Shown here piece after piece: positions 1-13,700 of a DNA stretch of 64,000 nt. The notes beneath the pieces are model-generated. The model saw only the letters and a list, made by a program, of their open reading frames with translations, was not told where the DNA came from and searched no databases. The first letter of the stretch is position 1; each line of letters begins with the position of its first letter. Both the position numbers and the translations under genes were made by a program. The DNA is taken from positions 36,427,724 to 36,491,723 of the forward strand of contig JARFYF010000053.1 in assembly GCA_030265395.1 (NCBI GenBank), given 5' to 3'. This DNA comes from Rhina ancylostomus (lineage: Eukaryota).

Positions 1-2689
1 GTGAGAGTGAAGGGATGGGTTAAGGAGGCCTTGTCCAATATCGTGACCAACTAACACATGCAATATTTATGCGGGGCTGGTTTGACTGCCATACACAGGA
101 TCAGGCTGTTTCAAAGAGGACAGAAGCATTTACTGCTGTAGTTCAAGCTCCTGCATTCTTTTCATTTCGGCCTGTGTCTCCTGCACATTCTCTAATAAGA
201 AACTTCGGAACGATGAGTGACGAACTGAACAAGAATATCAAACGAGCATTGGAAACTTACAGGTTAATTCCAAGACTATTACTTACTTACCGCGACCTTA
301 CCTAAAACTCAGGACCGATCCGTTGCATGGTACATTTTTTTGGCGATTTTATTTCAACATGTTATTAACTTCCTCACCATATCATACGTATACTTTCTTT
401 ATGTTCAGTTAAGGCTGTCGCTTCCTCCGACTAAAGAAAACTTCTGTGATTGTTGGATTGTTACAGGATGTGAAAGAAATGACAGAAGAAGGTCATTCTN
501 NNNNNTTTTACTTCACAATGAAGAATTAAGTAAACCTCAGTCGTAACACTTCCCATTTCCGGCACGTTTTCGATACGATTCCCTTACCTTCATCTTTGGC
601 CTTCAATTTTCCCACTGAACAAAAGTAATATGACTGAACAGTTGACTTCATTTTTACAGCTTTACTTTTAAACATTGTCATAGACAAATAATCAAAACAG
701 CGTTCATTAAATTATACCTGATGCTTACTATTCTCCAAACAATTAAACATGTGCATTCAACAATACATCTCATGCCCTGATGCGCATTTGCATTGGAATA
801 ATTTGAGTCCTACCAACGTTTTAAACAGTCGTCTTTTTTCAAGTGATTCCCTCACACTTCCGCCGAGGTGGGATGTATCCTAGAGTTCCCGTGATCCAAT
901 AAATGCACTTAGTGCCGATACTTGCGCATTTATTATCTATTTTCAAAGGCTTGGAGATGGGCTTGTGGGCGTCTCACAATTTAACCAACAAAGAAGACAA
1001 GATGGGCTCAAGGAAGAGAAACTGGTGGAAGTCAGAGATAGCCGGAGGAAGACGGAGTCTATCAATCTGCCCATGCTTCTCTTAGTTAAAATTTCGTGAG
1101 CAAAGACAATGGGTGGCACTGAGGAAAATGCTGGCATTTCAAATATTTATTGTAAATTTTACTGTGTTGAACATGGATTCATTATGCAGACGAAATCTAA
1201 TGATAGCCGTTGTAAATTGTTGTATGTAAGATAAAACTCTTCCTCACTCTGCCCACCCAAAATATCTGGAACATTTCAACAACTTTGGTTTCCGAATTTT
1301 CAGTCGTCTGACAGTGTCGGTCAGGTGTTACTTTGCATAGTGCCTTTTCATTGCTCGACCTTTAGTGACGTTAAGCTCTTTTATTGGTTGAGCAATGTTG
1401 AACAAGACTTCTATATTAAGCTAGCGCACTCAACCTATGACTAAAGTCGCTCAACGGGTAAATTGGCCCACGATGACGATTTTAACCTGTCTTTTCCGTG
1501 TAGTTGCTAGCAATCCTTTCTGCCTCAGTTAGCTGTGAAAGCGAAAGCTGACAGTTGTACGTTGTTTATAAGAAAATGATTTACTTTTCGTTGTGTAGAT
1601 TGAAGAATGGAGGTGTCCGCGTAGGAGGAAAAAAATGAGTTCCTCTGATTTGGGCACGGTAGAATAAGTGCATGAACAAATGTTCTCTTAAACAAAGTAG
1701 TGAGTGAAGGGTTCCAGTGAATGGCAGAAGGTGTAAAGACTGATTGCAATTGACTGATCTTTTCTTTTCCAGATCACCTGGAACAGGATCTCTGGAATTT
1801 GGTCATAACCATGGCAATATTAATCTTCATGAAATGTCTTGTAGAATTGCTTTTTTCACCTTCTTCTTCCAGACTCTCTGTAAACTTGATTATTTCTGTA
1901 AGATTAAATAAGATACTCTCAACATCCGATTACAGGAGACACAATTCATATCTTCGTGATTGCTTTCGATCCGGAATCTTGTATAATATTAAAATATCAC
2001 AGTTTCTCTGAATAATGATCGAGCTTCACCTTGACTCTGCAAACTAAGCACCGCAGGAGGAATTTATTCTTCGTTTCATTTGGCAGAATTATAAATATAA
2101 CTTCGTACAAACTACGGTGCCTCTGCGCATTTCAAGGAATTATTCCCCTTTGTAATTCACAAACCCTGCAGCAAAAGCTCAGGCCACCCCGGTATTTTTA
2201 TATAATTTACAGAACATAAGGCATCCGATGTAGCTTGCCCTCATTATTATGGAACCCTTTTTTCACGTTATAATTTTGGTGGACCCACACACCAGCAAAT
2301 GTTCCCTTTGTGTAAACAGATAATTATTATTGGATCTCCTGTAATTACGCAGTGGAATCAGCTTCTGCACTGCGATGTTTGATCTGGTAAAGGAAACAGT
2401 GCAGCAATCGACTCAATAGGACTTGCTGGCTGTGGGTAAAAAAATCAAACAGGAGGTAAATATTTTATTGAAATATACATTGCAGTATATTTTAATGCAT
2501 TTACCCAATTTGTATTTGGGTTTTGGTGTTTAGGTAACTTTGTTATGGATGAGTAATTATTTTAAAATGTTCAGGTTTCTTTTACATTAAGATTGAAGAG
2601 ATAACAGTTTTCGGATGCATTACACGTCTGGGAGTTTTATCAAAGCTCAGATGGCTCTTTACTGGCTTTCAAATCTTGCATATTGAAGC

Positions 2690-2975
2690 GATCTGGTTGG
2701 AACCCGACTTGCACTGCTATCTGCATCGAATTTTCACGACCTCCTTGTGATCGTGCGTTTCCTCCCACTTCCCGACGATATATATATATATATATTGGCT
2801 GCTTACTTGGTTACTTTACATTAGCCCTGGTGGCTACGTGACTGGTAGAATTGTAGCGGGATGTTGGTGAATACGATGCGGCGAGAACAAAATGGGAAAG
2901 GGTAGGATTAGTGTAGCATTTTGTTTGATGATCCCCATGAAGTCTTGGCCGATTGGTTTGTTTCCGTATTGAACT
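2690..2975 (+). mobile_element. Decayed V-SINE (HE1-like) with CR1-type 3' tail; internal (TA)n
   Basis: 'gtttcctcccacttccc...ga' V-domain-like core; 3' 'ggccgattggtttgtttccgtattg' resembles the CR1-type tail GGGCCGAAGGGCCTGTTTCC. Confidence 0.6.
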
Positions 2976-3309
2976 TGTCCATGCCGTTAACTTGCAGATC
3001 ACTTTTGCCGACATTGTGGCAAAGTATAAACTATGTGGCTGTTGCAGCACAAAAAGGGCACAGAGCATGGCAGATCGATAGAAAACGCAAGAGCATATTC
3101 ATCCAAAGAAACGTGGTAAAGATGATTCAGGTTTGGCTTAGTAATAGCTGGAAATGCCTCATGTACAATGTTCTTTGAAGCTGTCATGTCATTGCCGTGT
3201 TTTTTCGCCATTGTTCATCAATATGTATTATCCTTCGTACTACATATTAGTATTTTAGAGTAGGATTTTAGTACAGTAATTTAGGACAGGGTGCCGATTT
3301 CTTCTGAAT

Positions 3310-4055
3310 ACAAAAAATGGCTTTTAGGTTTAAAGTTAGGAGGAATGATGTAGGAGAAATGCATTGCCAGTTGGGCAAAAATGTGATACATGGAATTCAA
3401 TGTAGATGATTGCAGGATAATTTACCAGAGTGGTACCAAACGGCATGGGACTGTGAAATATGAGATGATAGATACACACATTGGAAAAACATAAGGACCT
3501 TAGATTGTATGTCCATCGGTACATAATGGCATCAAAGATTGAAGATGTGTTTAAAATGCACACAAAGACCTTCAGTTATTAGTTGTTGTGTAGAATATAG
3601 GAGATTGGTTGTTTTGGAACTGTACACGGCTTGACTACTTCGTATATATTGGGTCGTCTCTTTGAAGGAAGGCCAAGACTGTGGAAGAAGTGGATGAAGA
3701 GAATTTAGTTAATACTAGAAATTTTAAGCTATAAACTTTGATGGCACAGTTGTTCGCTTTGTAGCAAATGAAGAAAAGATGAATTGCAAAAATTATAAAG
3801 GGCTTTGAATAAATTAGGGTAGATAAAGAATATTTCCCTCAGAAAGGGGGAAACCAAGGCCGTGGATTTATAACAATAACCTTCTTGATTATAGTAGTCT
3901 GCAATTCACACTTTGGAAGATACAGATTTATCCATATAAAACCTCAACCTGCATCCTAAGCGTCTAATGATGGAAGAGAGATTACGTTGTGCAGCTCTGT
4001 TCCGATTGGTACTAACAACGGTCCGAATTGCAATTTGCAGTATTATAACGTTTTG
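3310..4055 (+). mobile_element. Decayed CR1-clade LINE 3' fragment
   Basis: 'tgggcaaaaatgtgatacatggaattcaatgtagat' corresponds to the W(A)xKWQMEFN motif; 3' tail remnant 'ggtccgaattg'. Many stops and indels. Confidence 0.65.
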
Positions 4056-4439
4056 TAAACAATAGTCCTTCATCCTCATTTTGCAACTTTGTACAAATAC
4101 TTCACTAGTACCGAAATTAATAATGATAACTGATAAATTCCCTGGCAGTCACACACAGTGCAAATTATTTGAGCTGAATCAAGGTATATACATATTATGT
4201 ACCGATCGAATACCCCTCATTGCCCTGTATATGCTATCAGATCATTTTATTATAATTAAGTTTACATTGCATAATTTCCTTCTGACAACCGTAATTTTTT
4301 TCTGGTGAGGTAAAACATTTATTTCATTTTGAGGGTATGTTGTAGAGTTGACCAGTCGTTCAATTTATTTCCGTTAGTGGAATCAATATTTGCGTTTATT
4401 ATGCATCCTAATTACTTCGAAAAGAGGCTGCAATAATAA

Positions 4440-4600
4440 TCATGGTCTGTAAATTCTCCTTCGCCCTGCAGGTCACGACTCCTGAAACATATATCCGATT
4501 ACTTTTTTAAGTATGTCGAGGGGTTTTACCTCTATAATACTTCCAGGAAGTGAGCTTTAAGTACCAACCATGGAGATTGAAACTCACTCCTCTTTACTCC
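4440..4600 (-). mobile_element. CR1 3'-end fragment
   Basis: 'gccctgcaggtcacg...ctctataatacttccaggaagtgag' resembles the reverse complement of the elasmobranch CR1 3' region. Confidence 0.5.
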
Positions 4601-5659
4601 ATTTTTTAAAAAAAATTCTGTAATTTAAAAAAAAACTATTTGAACAGCAACTGTCCTCCAAGGAGAGATCAGCGCCTTACTTGACTCAAAATTGCAACTC
4701 AGCTATCCAATTAAAATGAACCTGATTGGTAATTACGTTTAATCCAAGATTAGTTCTTCAAAGGAGTCTAGTGGAAGACAAACTCAACGCACATATCTGT
4801 GAAAATCAGAGATTTTAACGGGTAGTTTAATAAACGAGGAAATGGCTAGTTGCCCTCATGAAGAAACTTGCCTTTGTCCTTAGCGCGAAGTTTTTCGTCT
4901 GTAATAACAAAACTAAACATTATAGATCGCACAAAAATAGATTGACGCCTCAGCACCTTGGGTGCTGACATATACAATATCCAGGTTTTACATGGATTGA
5001 CATTTCTCCTTCACAAAATTTGTTGCGGCATTCTTTTTTTTATTGCGCTATTCACACAAACTGAACATATTCTGATGGTCTGAAAATCGTTTACTAAATT
5101 ACGTCATTTATTATTCTGAGGTGAGCCAACCATCTGCTGTCGTCCGTTTCTCACTAATCCCTGCTCATTTAAAGTTAGAGCGCATTCTTGTGAAGATTAA
5201 CAAATGATCAGTATTTAAACCCTTACCGTTATGCCCTCATTTGTCTGTGGCTCTTTTTAATAAGCCTGTCCTGTTTATTGCCCAAAATACTCTCCAAAAT
5301 TAATCTCTCCTTCGTGCTACCTATTATTTTGTCACTTGGAGATGATCTTTATTGGCTGCTGTTCTCTTCCTTGCCTTTGATGAGGTATCTATGAATGAGG
5401 TTCTGACCAGATCTATTTCCTCAGTTAATGTATGAATTCCGGCTGATGTCATGAGGATTACAACTGGCACTGCAAGTTTCACATTTTGGGTTCTCTCATG
5501 TTTACATATTCCTTCAAAAATTACATCATTTTAGAAAATACTGCTCTCTCCGCAGCCTGAAAATTTTGCTCAATTTCAAATACATAATTTCTCAGTATTT
5601 ATCTTTCATCGAAAAGAATATGCTGAACTGTTCACAACCAGAATCAATCATTTGGCTGA

Positions 5660-6370
5660 GGGAGTCAAACGTTATTATTCCAAGTTAGCTAATGATATTG
5701 ACCGAGGTGGGATTGTGAGTACGTATACAAGCGTGAAGAGGCTACAGGGCAATATTGACATGTCATTTTAGTCAGTGACATTTTGGCGGTCGGAGTAAAA
5801 GTTTAAACGCTGGAATACGATCTGGTAAACGGAGCACAATGAAAATGGACGGGGGATCGCTTTCTACTCAGTTAAAAATGGTATGGAGGAGTGGAGCTGT
5901 TGGATAACCAGAGTTAAGTAGAAAATTTCCAAGAAGTGGAAATTTCAAAAAATAAGGAAGAATGTATTGGATGCAAAAGGGACGAAATTGCAAAAAGGGA
6001 GTCAAAGTGGAATCAAGGAAGGAGGTCATAATTTTGTTGGGACAAGAATGAATGGTGATGATATTGGTATTGGTATTGGTTTATTATTGTCACTTGTACC
6101 GAGGTACAATGAAAAGCTTGTGATACAAACCGATCGCACAGGTTAATTCACTGCACAGTGCAGGCTTTGGAGTTCTCTTCCCCGGCGGGTGGGGGAGCTG
6201 CAGATACTGATGTAATTGAAAATAAAGATTGATATATTTATGTATATTAAAATATTCAAGGGATGTGGGGATAATATGAGAAATGGAAGAGAGAAAATAG
6301 ATCAGGTATGATTTTGATGAATGACAGAGCAGCCTCGAAGTGTACGATGGCTCACCCCTGTTCCTACATC
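5660..6370 (+). mobile_element. Decayed CR1 fragments interrupted by a Rex1-type tail
   Basis: 'tccaagttagctaatgatattgaccgaggtgggattgtg...ctacagggcaatattgac' corresponds to SKFADDTKLGG..LQxDID; 3'UTR 'agatcagg..atgat..gaatgacagagcagcctcgaag'. Confidence 0.6.
6062..6162 (-). mobile_element. Rex1/Babar LINE 3' tail
   Basis: 'attggtattggtattggtttattattgtcacttgtaccgaggtacaatgaaaa' is the reverse complement of the tail at 63610-63670 (ttttcactgtacctcggt...gacaataa...ccaat). Confidence 0.75.
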
Positions 6371-8139
6371 TTTCTTTCTGTTTTTATTCTGCATTTCTAA
6401 AGATCACACGAACATTCCTTCAATTGTTTTTTTTCCACAAAATAATGATACCAATATCCGTGCTAATTTGTGCCCTCGACCTCTACAATAGGATTCTCAT
6501 GACGTCCATTCCTCGCTAATTCTCATATGGCTTATGATTTCCTCGACCAATCCGTTTGTATTTCAGGGACATGATACCAATCACTAATCCCTGTAAACCC
6601 ATGGACACTCAAATCAACCAGGATTACATGTTATCCCATTTTCAAAGTATTTACTCAATTTTCTCAAATAAAAAAAATCTTGTTCACATATGCTTTGACG
6701 TTGGCAGCATCATCAGCGGTGTTCAGCATATGACTTCCTTCTTCAAAATGAATCCTCACAATTTTCTTGACCGTGTATTTGGAAATGTCCTGTCCATTTC
6801 CCACCCCTTTCTTAACCTTTCATACGACTCTTATCACTCTTAGTGCAGGTGCAGGATTTCTTGGTTTTCTAGTTACTTTTTGCTCAATTATGCTTTACTT
6901 CCAAAATGTTATTCTTGACAGTTCTCACTTTTCTCTACCAATATCCACTCTCCTTGTCATAGCATCAGCTGTGGCATTTCTTCCCTTCTCATTTTCCAAT
7001 GACCAAAAACTCATTTCATGTAAAATATTTGCTGGGAAGTCCCATTTATTAAGTTGCATTTGGTGCTCACTGTATGGTTTCTTTTGCATTTGTGGCAGTA
7101 AAAACAAGTTGGGCACTGCATTGCAGAATACTTAGTTGGTGCATAAACGTGCTTCCTTGAGCTCTCGATCATCAGGCATTGTAACTGGACATTTCATCCT
7201 ACAGGACTTCCGCGCCGTTGGTCTCCTGACATGCGGCCCACCCCAAAGAAAAATAAAAGCTCAACGTAAGTTTCTGTGCAAGCATCTGACTTTCTGGCTG
7301 AGTGCAATGTTAATTTCAACAAGTTAAAACAGCTTGCTATTGATCAGTTTTATTCCAGATGTCTAGCGCCATCTCATTAATCGTTTGGTGACCTAATATA
7401 ATAATTCTGAATTTTCACTTACTCTGGAATTTAACTATTTCACTGAATTGCTGTTTATAGATTATTTTCTCTCATATCTTCCACCTTATTTCAGAGCCTT
7501 TTAATTGTTTCTCGGTTGCTCTCTCCATTCTTCGCACATTAAAATGATTTATTTTCAGATTTTTCAGCTCTGACGGAAGGTCTTTGACCTGAATTGTTAC
7601 ATGTTTATTTTCCTATTGATGATAAAGACTGTAATCGACAAAGAATCGAGGGACACATGGGCGATGGCTATTCCTACGTCTGCTTTAAAGGTTTTTATGC
7701 TCCCGTGGAACGTTAATTCAACAAGATATATCGTGGAGTTATTAAGTCTGTTTTGGAAAGTCGGGGATTTCAGAACGCATTGGACATACTGAGGCACTTC
7801 TATATTTTCTTCGAAAACTTACTGGTATCTAGCAGTATTTTCTGTAAAGCAGCTATCTCTGCAATGAAGTAAACAAAGATTCAGATTTCATTCTCAAAAT
7901 AAAATTATGCGATTTTCATTAGGTAAATATAAATTAAAACAAAGATAGTAGAGGTCGATCAATGGCCTTGAAGATAAATATAAACGGAAAACTTGTACTC
8001 CACAGTATAACTTAAAATGACACGTCCAAGCCAACCCTACGGAGAGATGTTTATATTCCACAGGAATATCTGTCACGCTATAACGTCACACTTTATCACT
8101 ATTTCATTTCATTATTTTGTTTCTCACTCGTTGATCTGT

Positions 8140-8760
8140 CCATACGAACTATAAATGTAGGCGCAGAATTGACATTCTAATCACAAACATCAACATCAGA
8201 TTTCGAAGTAGGTGTTTGTGCGCTGACTCTTCTTACCTTCTCTGTCATTGATCAAGATGATCGCTGATCGACTACAGCTGCATTTTGTTTGTGTACTACT
8301 CCAATTTCCGTGATTCTTTTATAACCCAGAAAAAGTATTAAGCTCTGCTCAGAATATGTCTGATACATCGACCCTTACGGGATACAGAACTGCACAAATC
8401 AACCATCTTCTGAGTGTGGACATTTCCCTTCACCTGAGTCCCAATGTCTAGACTCTTAATTTAAGACAGTGATTCATGTTTCGAGTTTCTTCAGCCAGTG
8501 GTAATGTCCTCCTTCTCGCCACTTCATCGCCTTATAGAGTTCAATGAAATTACCTCAAAATATTCCGAGGGTTTGAGTGTCCAGCCATATTCTACACAGT
8601 TTCTACTTATTGAGCAGGTCCTCAGTACACGTAACCAGTCTGCCGAATATTCGTTGCACTGCCTTTGTGGTAATGCATACTTTTTTGTAAAGAAATTCAA
8701 AATTATACCCAGCAAATCACGTGCGGTGTCAGGGGCTCTTCGAAATTACATCACTTGATT
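8140..8760 (-). mobile_element. Decayed CR1 3' fragment
   Basis: Recognisable reverse-complement CR1 3' region ('gggatacagaactgcacaaatcaaccatcttctgagtg...ttaagacagtg'). Confidence 0.55.
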
Positions 8761-10531
8761 TTTTTGGTAAGATTTACGAGAAAATAATCTTGCACATATT
8801 ACTGAACTGAAATCCTTTACTTGTACTTCCTATCATTCAGATCACTTCTCAGAGTTCCTTTCGTGAAATAAACCTTACGGTGGTCTTGTCACATGTGTTA
8901 GGAATCCATATCATAGAGGTTNNNNNNNNTTATAAATGACTTAGCATGTTCACTGTAAGTTCACCTGATTTTTTCTCTCGCAATTCTTCATCTGTAAAGT
9001 AGAACAGAAGCATCAAATTGCTCGCGAATTCGTGGAATTACTTAAGCCACCAAGAATCCTGTGAATGGTATTCACTCAGTGTAGAGGAATCCATTTCTGC
9101 TATCCTAAACGGAACCCTTACTGCGTATAAAGCTGTAAGTTATTTCAGGAATTTTCTTAGATGAATATAGACCTTTTTCTGCAATAAATAGCAAGCTGAG
9201 GTTACTACCTCAGTAGAAACTGTAATTTGCGATATTTCTTTTGCTTGAATAACGTCTCTAATCATCTAAATCAATTTTTCATCAATGATAATCGGAATCA
9301 GTATGAGAATTTTACTCATTTATCTTGAACTCCTAATACAATCAGCAAGATGAATTATTCTCAGCGGCTGAAATTCATCTTGGCAAGCAGTTTTCCGAGT
9401 TTGACATCTATCTGATGAGCTAATGACCATTTAAAAGTTATTTGTAGTTTCCAACCTGACTGGACATTTAGAGTCAGATAATTGCAAAGTGCCATGGTAA
9501 TTAAAGAGGTCTTAAAGATAGTTAGTTGTCGTTCAGTGATTAGAAGACATAATTAGAGAGCAACTGAAATTCGCCACATTAATCTGTTCAAATAGTAATT
9601 TAACGATGGTCTCGCTTCCATCCTCAGGTTATTGTGCTCTATGGAAGTTTTTGGGGTAAAGATGTTAATCTGGTATCAATGTAACTATGGGACTCAAATA
9701 TACAGAAACATTTCTATGATTGTTAACGTAAGCATACATTTTCAAGACAGACAACTCTCCAACAGAAAACCGTGAAACAATGCACATTGTGTCAATCTGA
9801 CAGATGTTTAGATATCACCGGCACACGTTGAAAGCCTTCAAACCTCAATGTCTATTATTCTACCTGTGGGATTGCAGTTATAAAGTTAAAACAACCATCA
9901 TAGAATAGGAAAACTGGACAGTGTATTTAGTCTTGACAGAGTGCAGAAATTGACGACATACAGAGTTAACAAATGATCTTAAAAGCTCCATGAGCATGTT
10001 ATAAAATAGAAAATAGGAGAGTGACAACATTTAATGGAAGGATTATAACTCTTGAATTGATTGACCATATATTGTCAATCAGGAATTGCTCTCCTAAGCA
10101 TCGGTTTATTTTAACATTCTTGTGAAACCGGCATAAGAGCAGACTGGAACCAAACCGGAACGAGACGAGTGTAACATTCTCGCAGCTTCGCTAAACCACA
10201 ACAATGAGTTCAGCTCGCAGAACAGTGACCAGTTGTTTTCAGTGGATTAGAAAAAAGGGGTCAACTCTCAGACATTTGTAACAACCGCCAAGGTATCAAT
10301 GGCATGCAGAAAAGCTGTCCATTACTGTGATGATGGAGATAACTACAGCGAAAGCTAGGACAGAAAAAGACTTTAGTGAGACTGCCTGGAGAGCAACGCC
10401 CTGTGCGGACTGTTAGGAACAAGAAATTACATGATCTCCTGTACCCGATGACTCAGTACCAATAATTCTGCTGCTCTTAATCTTGATTAAATGATAAATG
10501 GAAGTTTATGCTTCGGCAACCAATAGTTCAT

Positions 10532-10730
10532 GGAACATAGAATGTAGAACACTGCAGCGCAGTGCCGGCCCTTCGGCCAACAATGCTGTGCTGACATTTT
10601 ATCCTGCTGTATGTTCTATCTGACCCTTCCCTCCCATATAGCCCCCTATTTTTCTATCATTCGTGTGTCTATCTAAGATTCTCTTAAATGTCCCTAATAT
10701 ATCTGCACACACAACCTCTGAAGGCAGTTG
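10532..10730 (-). mobile_element. CR1-type 3' tail fragment
   Basis: 'gaacatagaa...cagcgcagtgccggcccttcggccaacaatgctgtgctgac...tatctaag..tctcttaaatgtccctaat' is a typical CR1 tail read in reverse. Confidence 0.75.
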
Positions 10731-13700
10731 CAACAGGACGAAGGTAGTCAAAATATCTTATATCTGTATTAAACTTCCGGTGGAATACCCTAGAATTGGT
10801 GAAGAACAGAAGAAAGAAGAGGGAATTTGTCCTGAAGATAATAGGTAACTCCTTACGGACCTCTGGACCACAGGAGAGATGAGAACCAACGCGCAAAAAA
10901 CTAACGTCTCTGACTCAAGGGCTCAGAGAACGCTGGTTAACACAAATTTGGGATTGATAATTTCATGTAATAACTGAAGGTTAGTTGCGAGAATGGGCTC
11001 TTAAAGCTTCATGATTTTTGTTTGGACTTGATTCCAGTGTTAAGAACGTGATTGATTCCAAAGCCCTCCCTGGATCAATCTACTGGAATCAAATGCATGT
11101 AAATCTCGATGTCTACATGCACATATCTCGCACAGTGCATCCTTCCTGTGCATTTTCCCAGAAAATCGAAATCTTCCTGTCAGTAAAACCGGGAATACGC
11201 TTTCCAGCCCATGGATTTAATGCCACACATATGGTGAAGAACCAAGAATGTCAATTGGCTGAGAGAGTGTTGGTGTTGTTGAGTAGTTGTTACATTAAAT
11301 ATTGTCTGATAAGGTCACAGCAATGTAATTGTGCCAGGAGCCACCAATATTCAAGTAGAATATATTGATCAACATGTGATCTTTCTCAAAGAGAGACCAC
11401 AACATTATTCCTTCTTTAAATTTACTGTCGAACACCAGAATCGTCCTTAGATTTTAACTCTCCAAAATAATGCAGTATAATTTCTAGGCCGATAGCTTGA
11501 TGATTTGAAATAATAAACTTTACATTTCTCACCTTCGACAATATCGTGTTTTTCCAGCTCTGGTAAAGTAAGAGAATAAATATGAACATTAATTATGAGA
11601 GCTCTATTTTTCTCTCCTCACACCCGAGTGCTGCAAAGAATAGTACCATAACAATTTATTCTTGAAGCTTCCATCTGACGTTACGCACTCGCCTCCGAAT
11701 CTCAATTTTCAAGACGATTGAACAATTTGCAAACAACTTGTAATGTAATATACTGCTTGATCGATCCTCAGCCATTTAACTAAGAAAGGTAATATTGAAT
11801 TCTTTAGAACATAGAGGATATAATTAGAATTGAAAAACATCTTATGGTCTCATTGAGAATGGGTTAAGAACACAACAGAGGAACGATATGTTAACAGACA
11901 GGATAAATTAGAATTTTAACAAAGCACGATTGCATGTGCAACTTTGAAGATCCGACTGACGGACAGTTTGCACAGTCAGCACACATCAGTTTAAGTCTGT
12001 ATCTCTTTCCTATCTTGCCAGATCTTAATATTCTCCCCTGTACTGTTCTAACAATACTCTTACCGCACATCATCTTGCTTTCTGTCTGGGCATTTTGCCG
12101 TTTTCACGGCAGAATATTATCTTCAACAATTCGATGTAGCTCGATTTATCCGTTTATTTTCGCACTGGCCAGTTCTGCTGTGCAGTTATTAATCCGTTAT
12201 ATTAACTTTCCTTTTCTCTTCACCGACACCGTTTGATCGGTTGCACATTTCATGTCTACTTTCTTTGGTTTCTGTTCTCTCCAAATATATCGTCTGGATT
12301 TCAGGTTTTACAACCCCATCTTTGAGCATTTTCATTCTCGTTCTCACGACTCTCTTTACTTTCTCGATCAGACAAATTCGTAAATGATGCGTCGTCATTC
12401 CAACCCTGACGTTACGCAGGAGTGTTATTCCTTTTGTTCAATCCACCCCACTAGTTTGCAATCTAAAACATTGCTTGTTCTCTAGTTTCCAATTCGGCTG
12501 ATGGTGGGTTGACCACCAAGATTAACGCAGTTCCTCTTTACAGACTTGCCCCTTGACCTGAAGAACTTTTCCAATATTTTCCATTCTTAATCTGTGTTTC
12601 CGTTGATGTCCAGTGAAGTCAGTTTCACAAGATCACTTTAAAGCCTCCCTCAGCCAAATACTGTTTTGGCATCATGCAGAAATGCTCATTTGAACTCAGG
12701 AATTTACATCTTGTGTGGATGTTTCCCAAAGGCTGTGGTGGCCAGAGCGCAGTAGTGCTGTTTAAATCTAAATGTAACATCGATGAAGAGCTTCCCTGGG
12801 GGGTGCTCGACAGCTCTACCCATGACCCATGACGCCTTCTAACAGAATGCTGATATTTGAGGGTGTATTGATGGATGATAATCGTTCAGATTGCATTTGT
12901 TAACTGAACATATCTGCGATATTCATATATTTCATATTTTCCAGTGTTGGAGGGGTAGCAGGAACACATATTGAGTTCTGGAACACTGGTCTTTATTTCT
13001 TGTCAGAAGCTTGTGTGTTCCAAAAGCTTTTACTATATAGAATACTACCAGTCGTCTCTTGATATGTAATAGTGTGAATCAATTCGGTGAAAGATGACAA
13101 TAAATTCCTTCCTTCTGACGCAGATTATTTTTGTCGTACTGAGTATTTCCAACATTGCCTGTTTTCTATCAGATGTCCTGTACTCACAGCCTCTTTGTTT
13201 TGATAATGGTTCAGAGGCATCAGGAAGGATATTTATGTCAGCAATATTTTTCATAGCCAAGTCAGCGGCTCCGGTTAAAACGGCGCGGAATTTCGCTGCA
13301 AGGCTAAATTTTACACTATTATCAGAGATTTTAAGGAAATGCAAGATTATATTTAGGTGTTATTGTCAGAATAAAAACAAAAAAAGAGAAATGTTAACCA
13401 TTAGACAGAACATTCAAATTTTCAGAAACATACTCATGCTGATTAACGATATGAATATGGCGGCACATTAAAAACGATGCTAGAATGTTATGAAATATCA
13501 GCGAAGAATTCCACGGAGAACCAGAGAAACCACCATTCGCTCTCACTCAGGTGTAAAGTGGGAAAATGCAAAGAAAAAACCAAACAAAAATCAAATCAGT
13601 TTAAAGTGATGCTCTGACTGAAATTAGGTCTTGAAACCTGATAGACTTACCTCCCTTCTCCATTTCTGTTAAAAATAAGACAAATATTAGTCAATGCATC

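Noticed and set aside
10794-10844. 51-bp purine-rich exon-like segment (tag|...ATAG|gtaact; LVKNRRKKREFVLKII) and a strong acceptor at 1755-1772
   Set aside because: No polypyrimidine tract for the first, no recognisable homology, no consistent exon chain; needs RNA-seq.
6767-13471. Hydrophobic 100-125 aa ORFs (6767, 11934, 13094) as membrane-receptor fragments
   Set aside because: T-rich or repeat-derived sequence with no GPCR or other family motifs.
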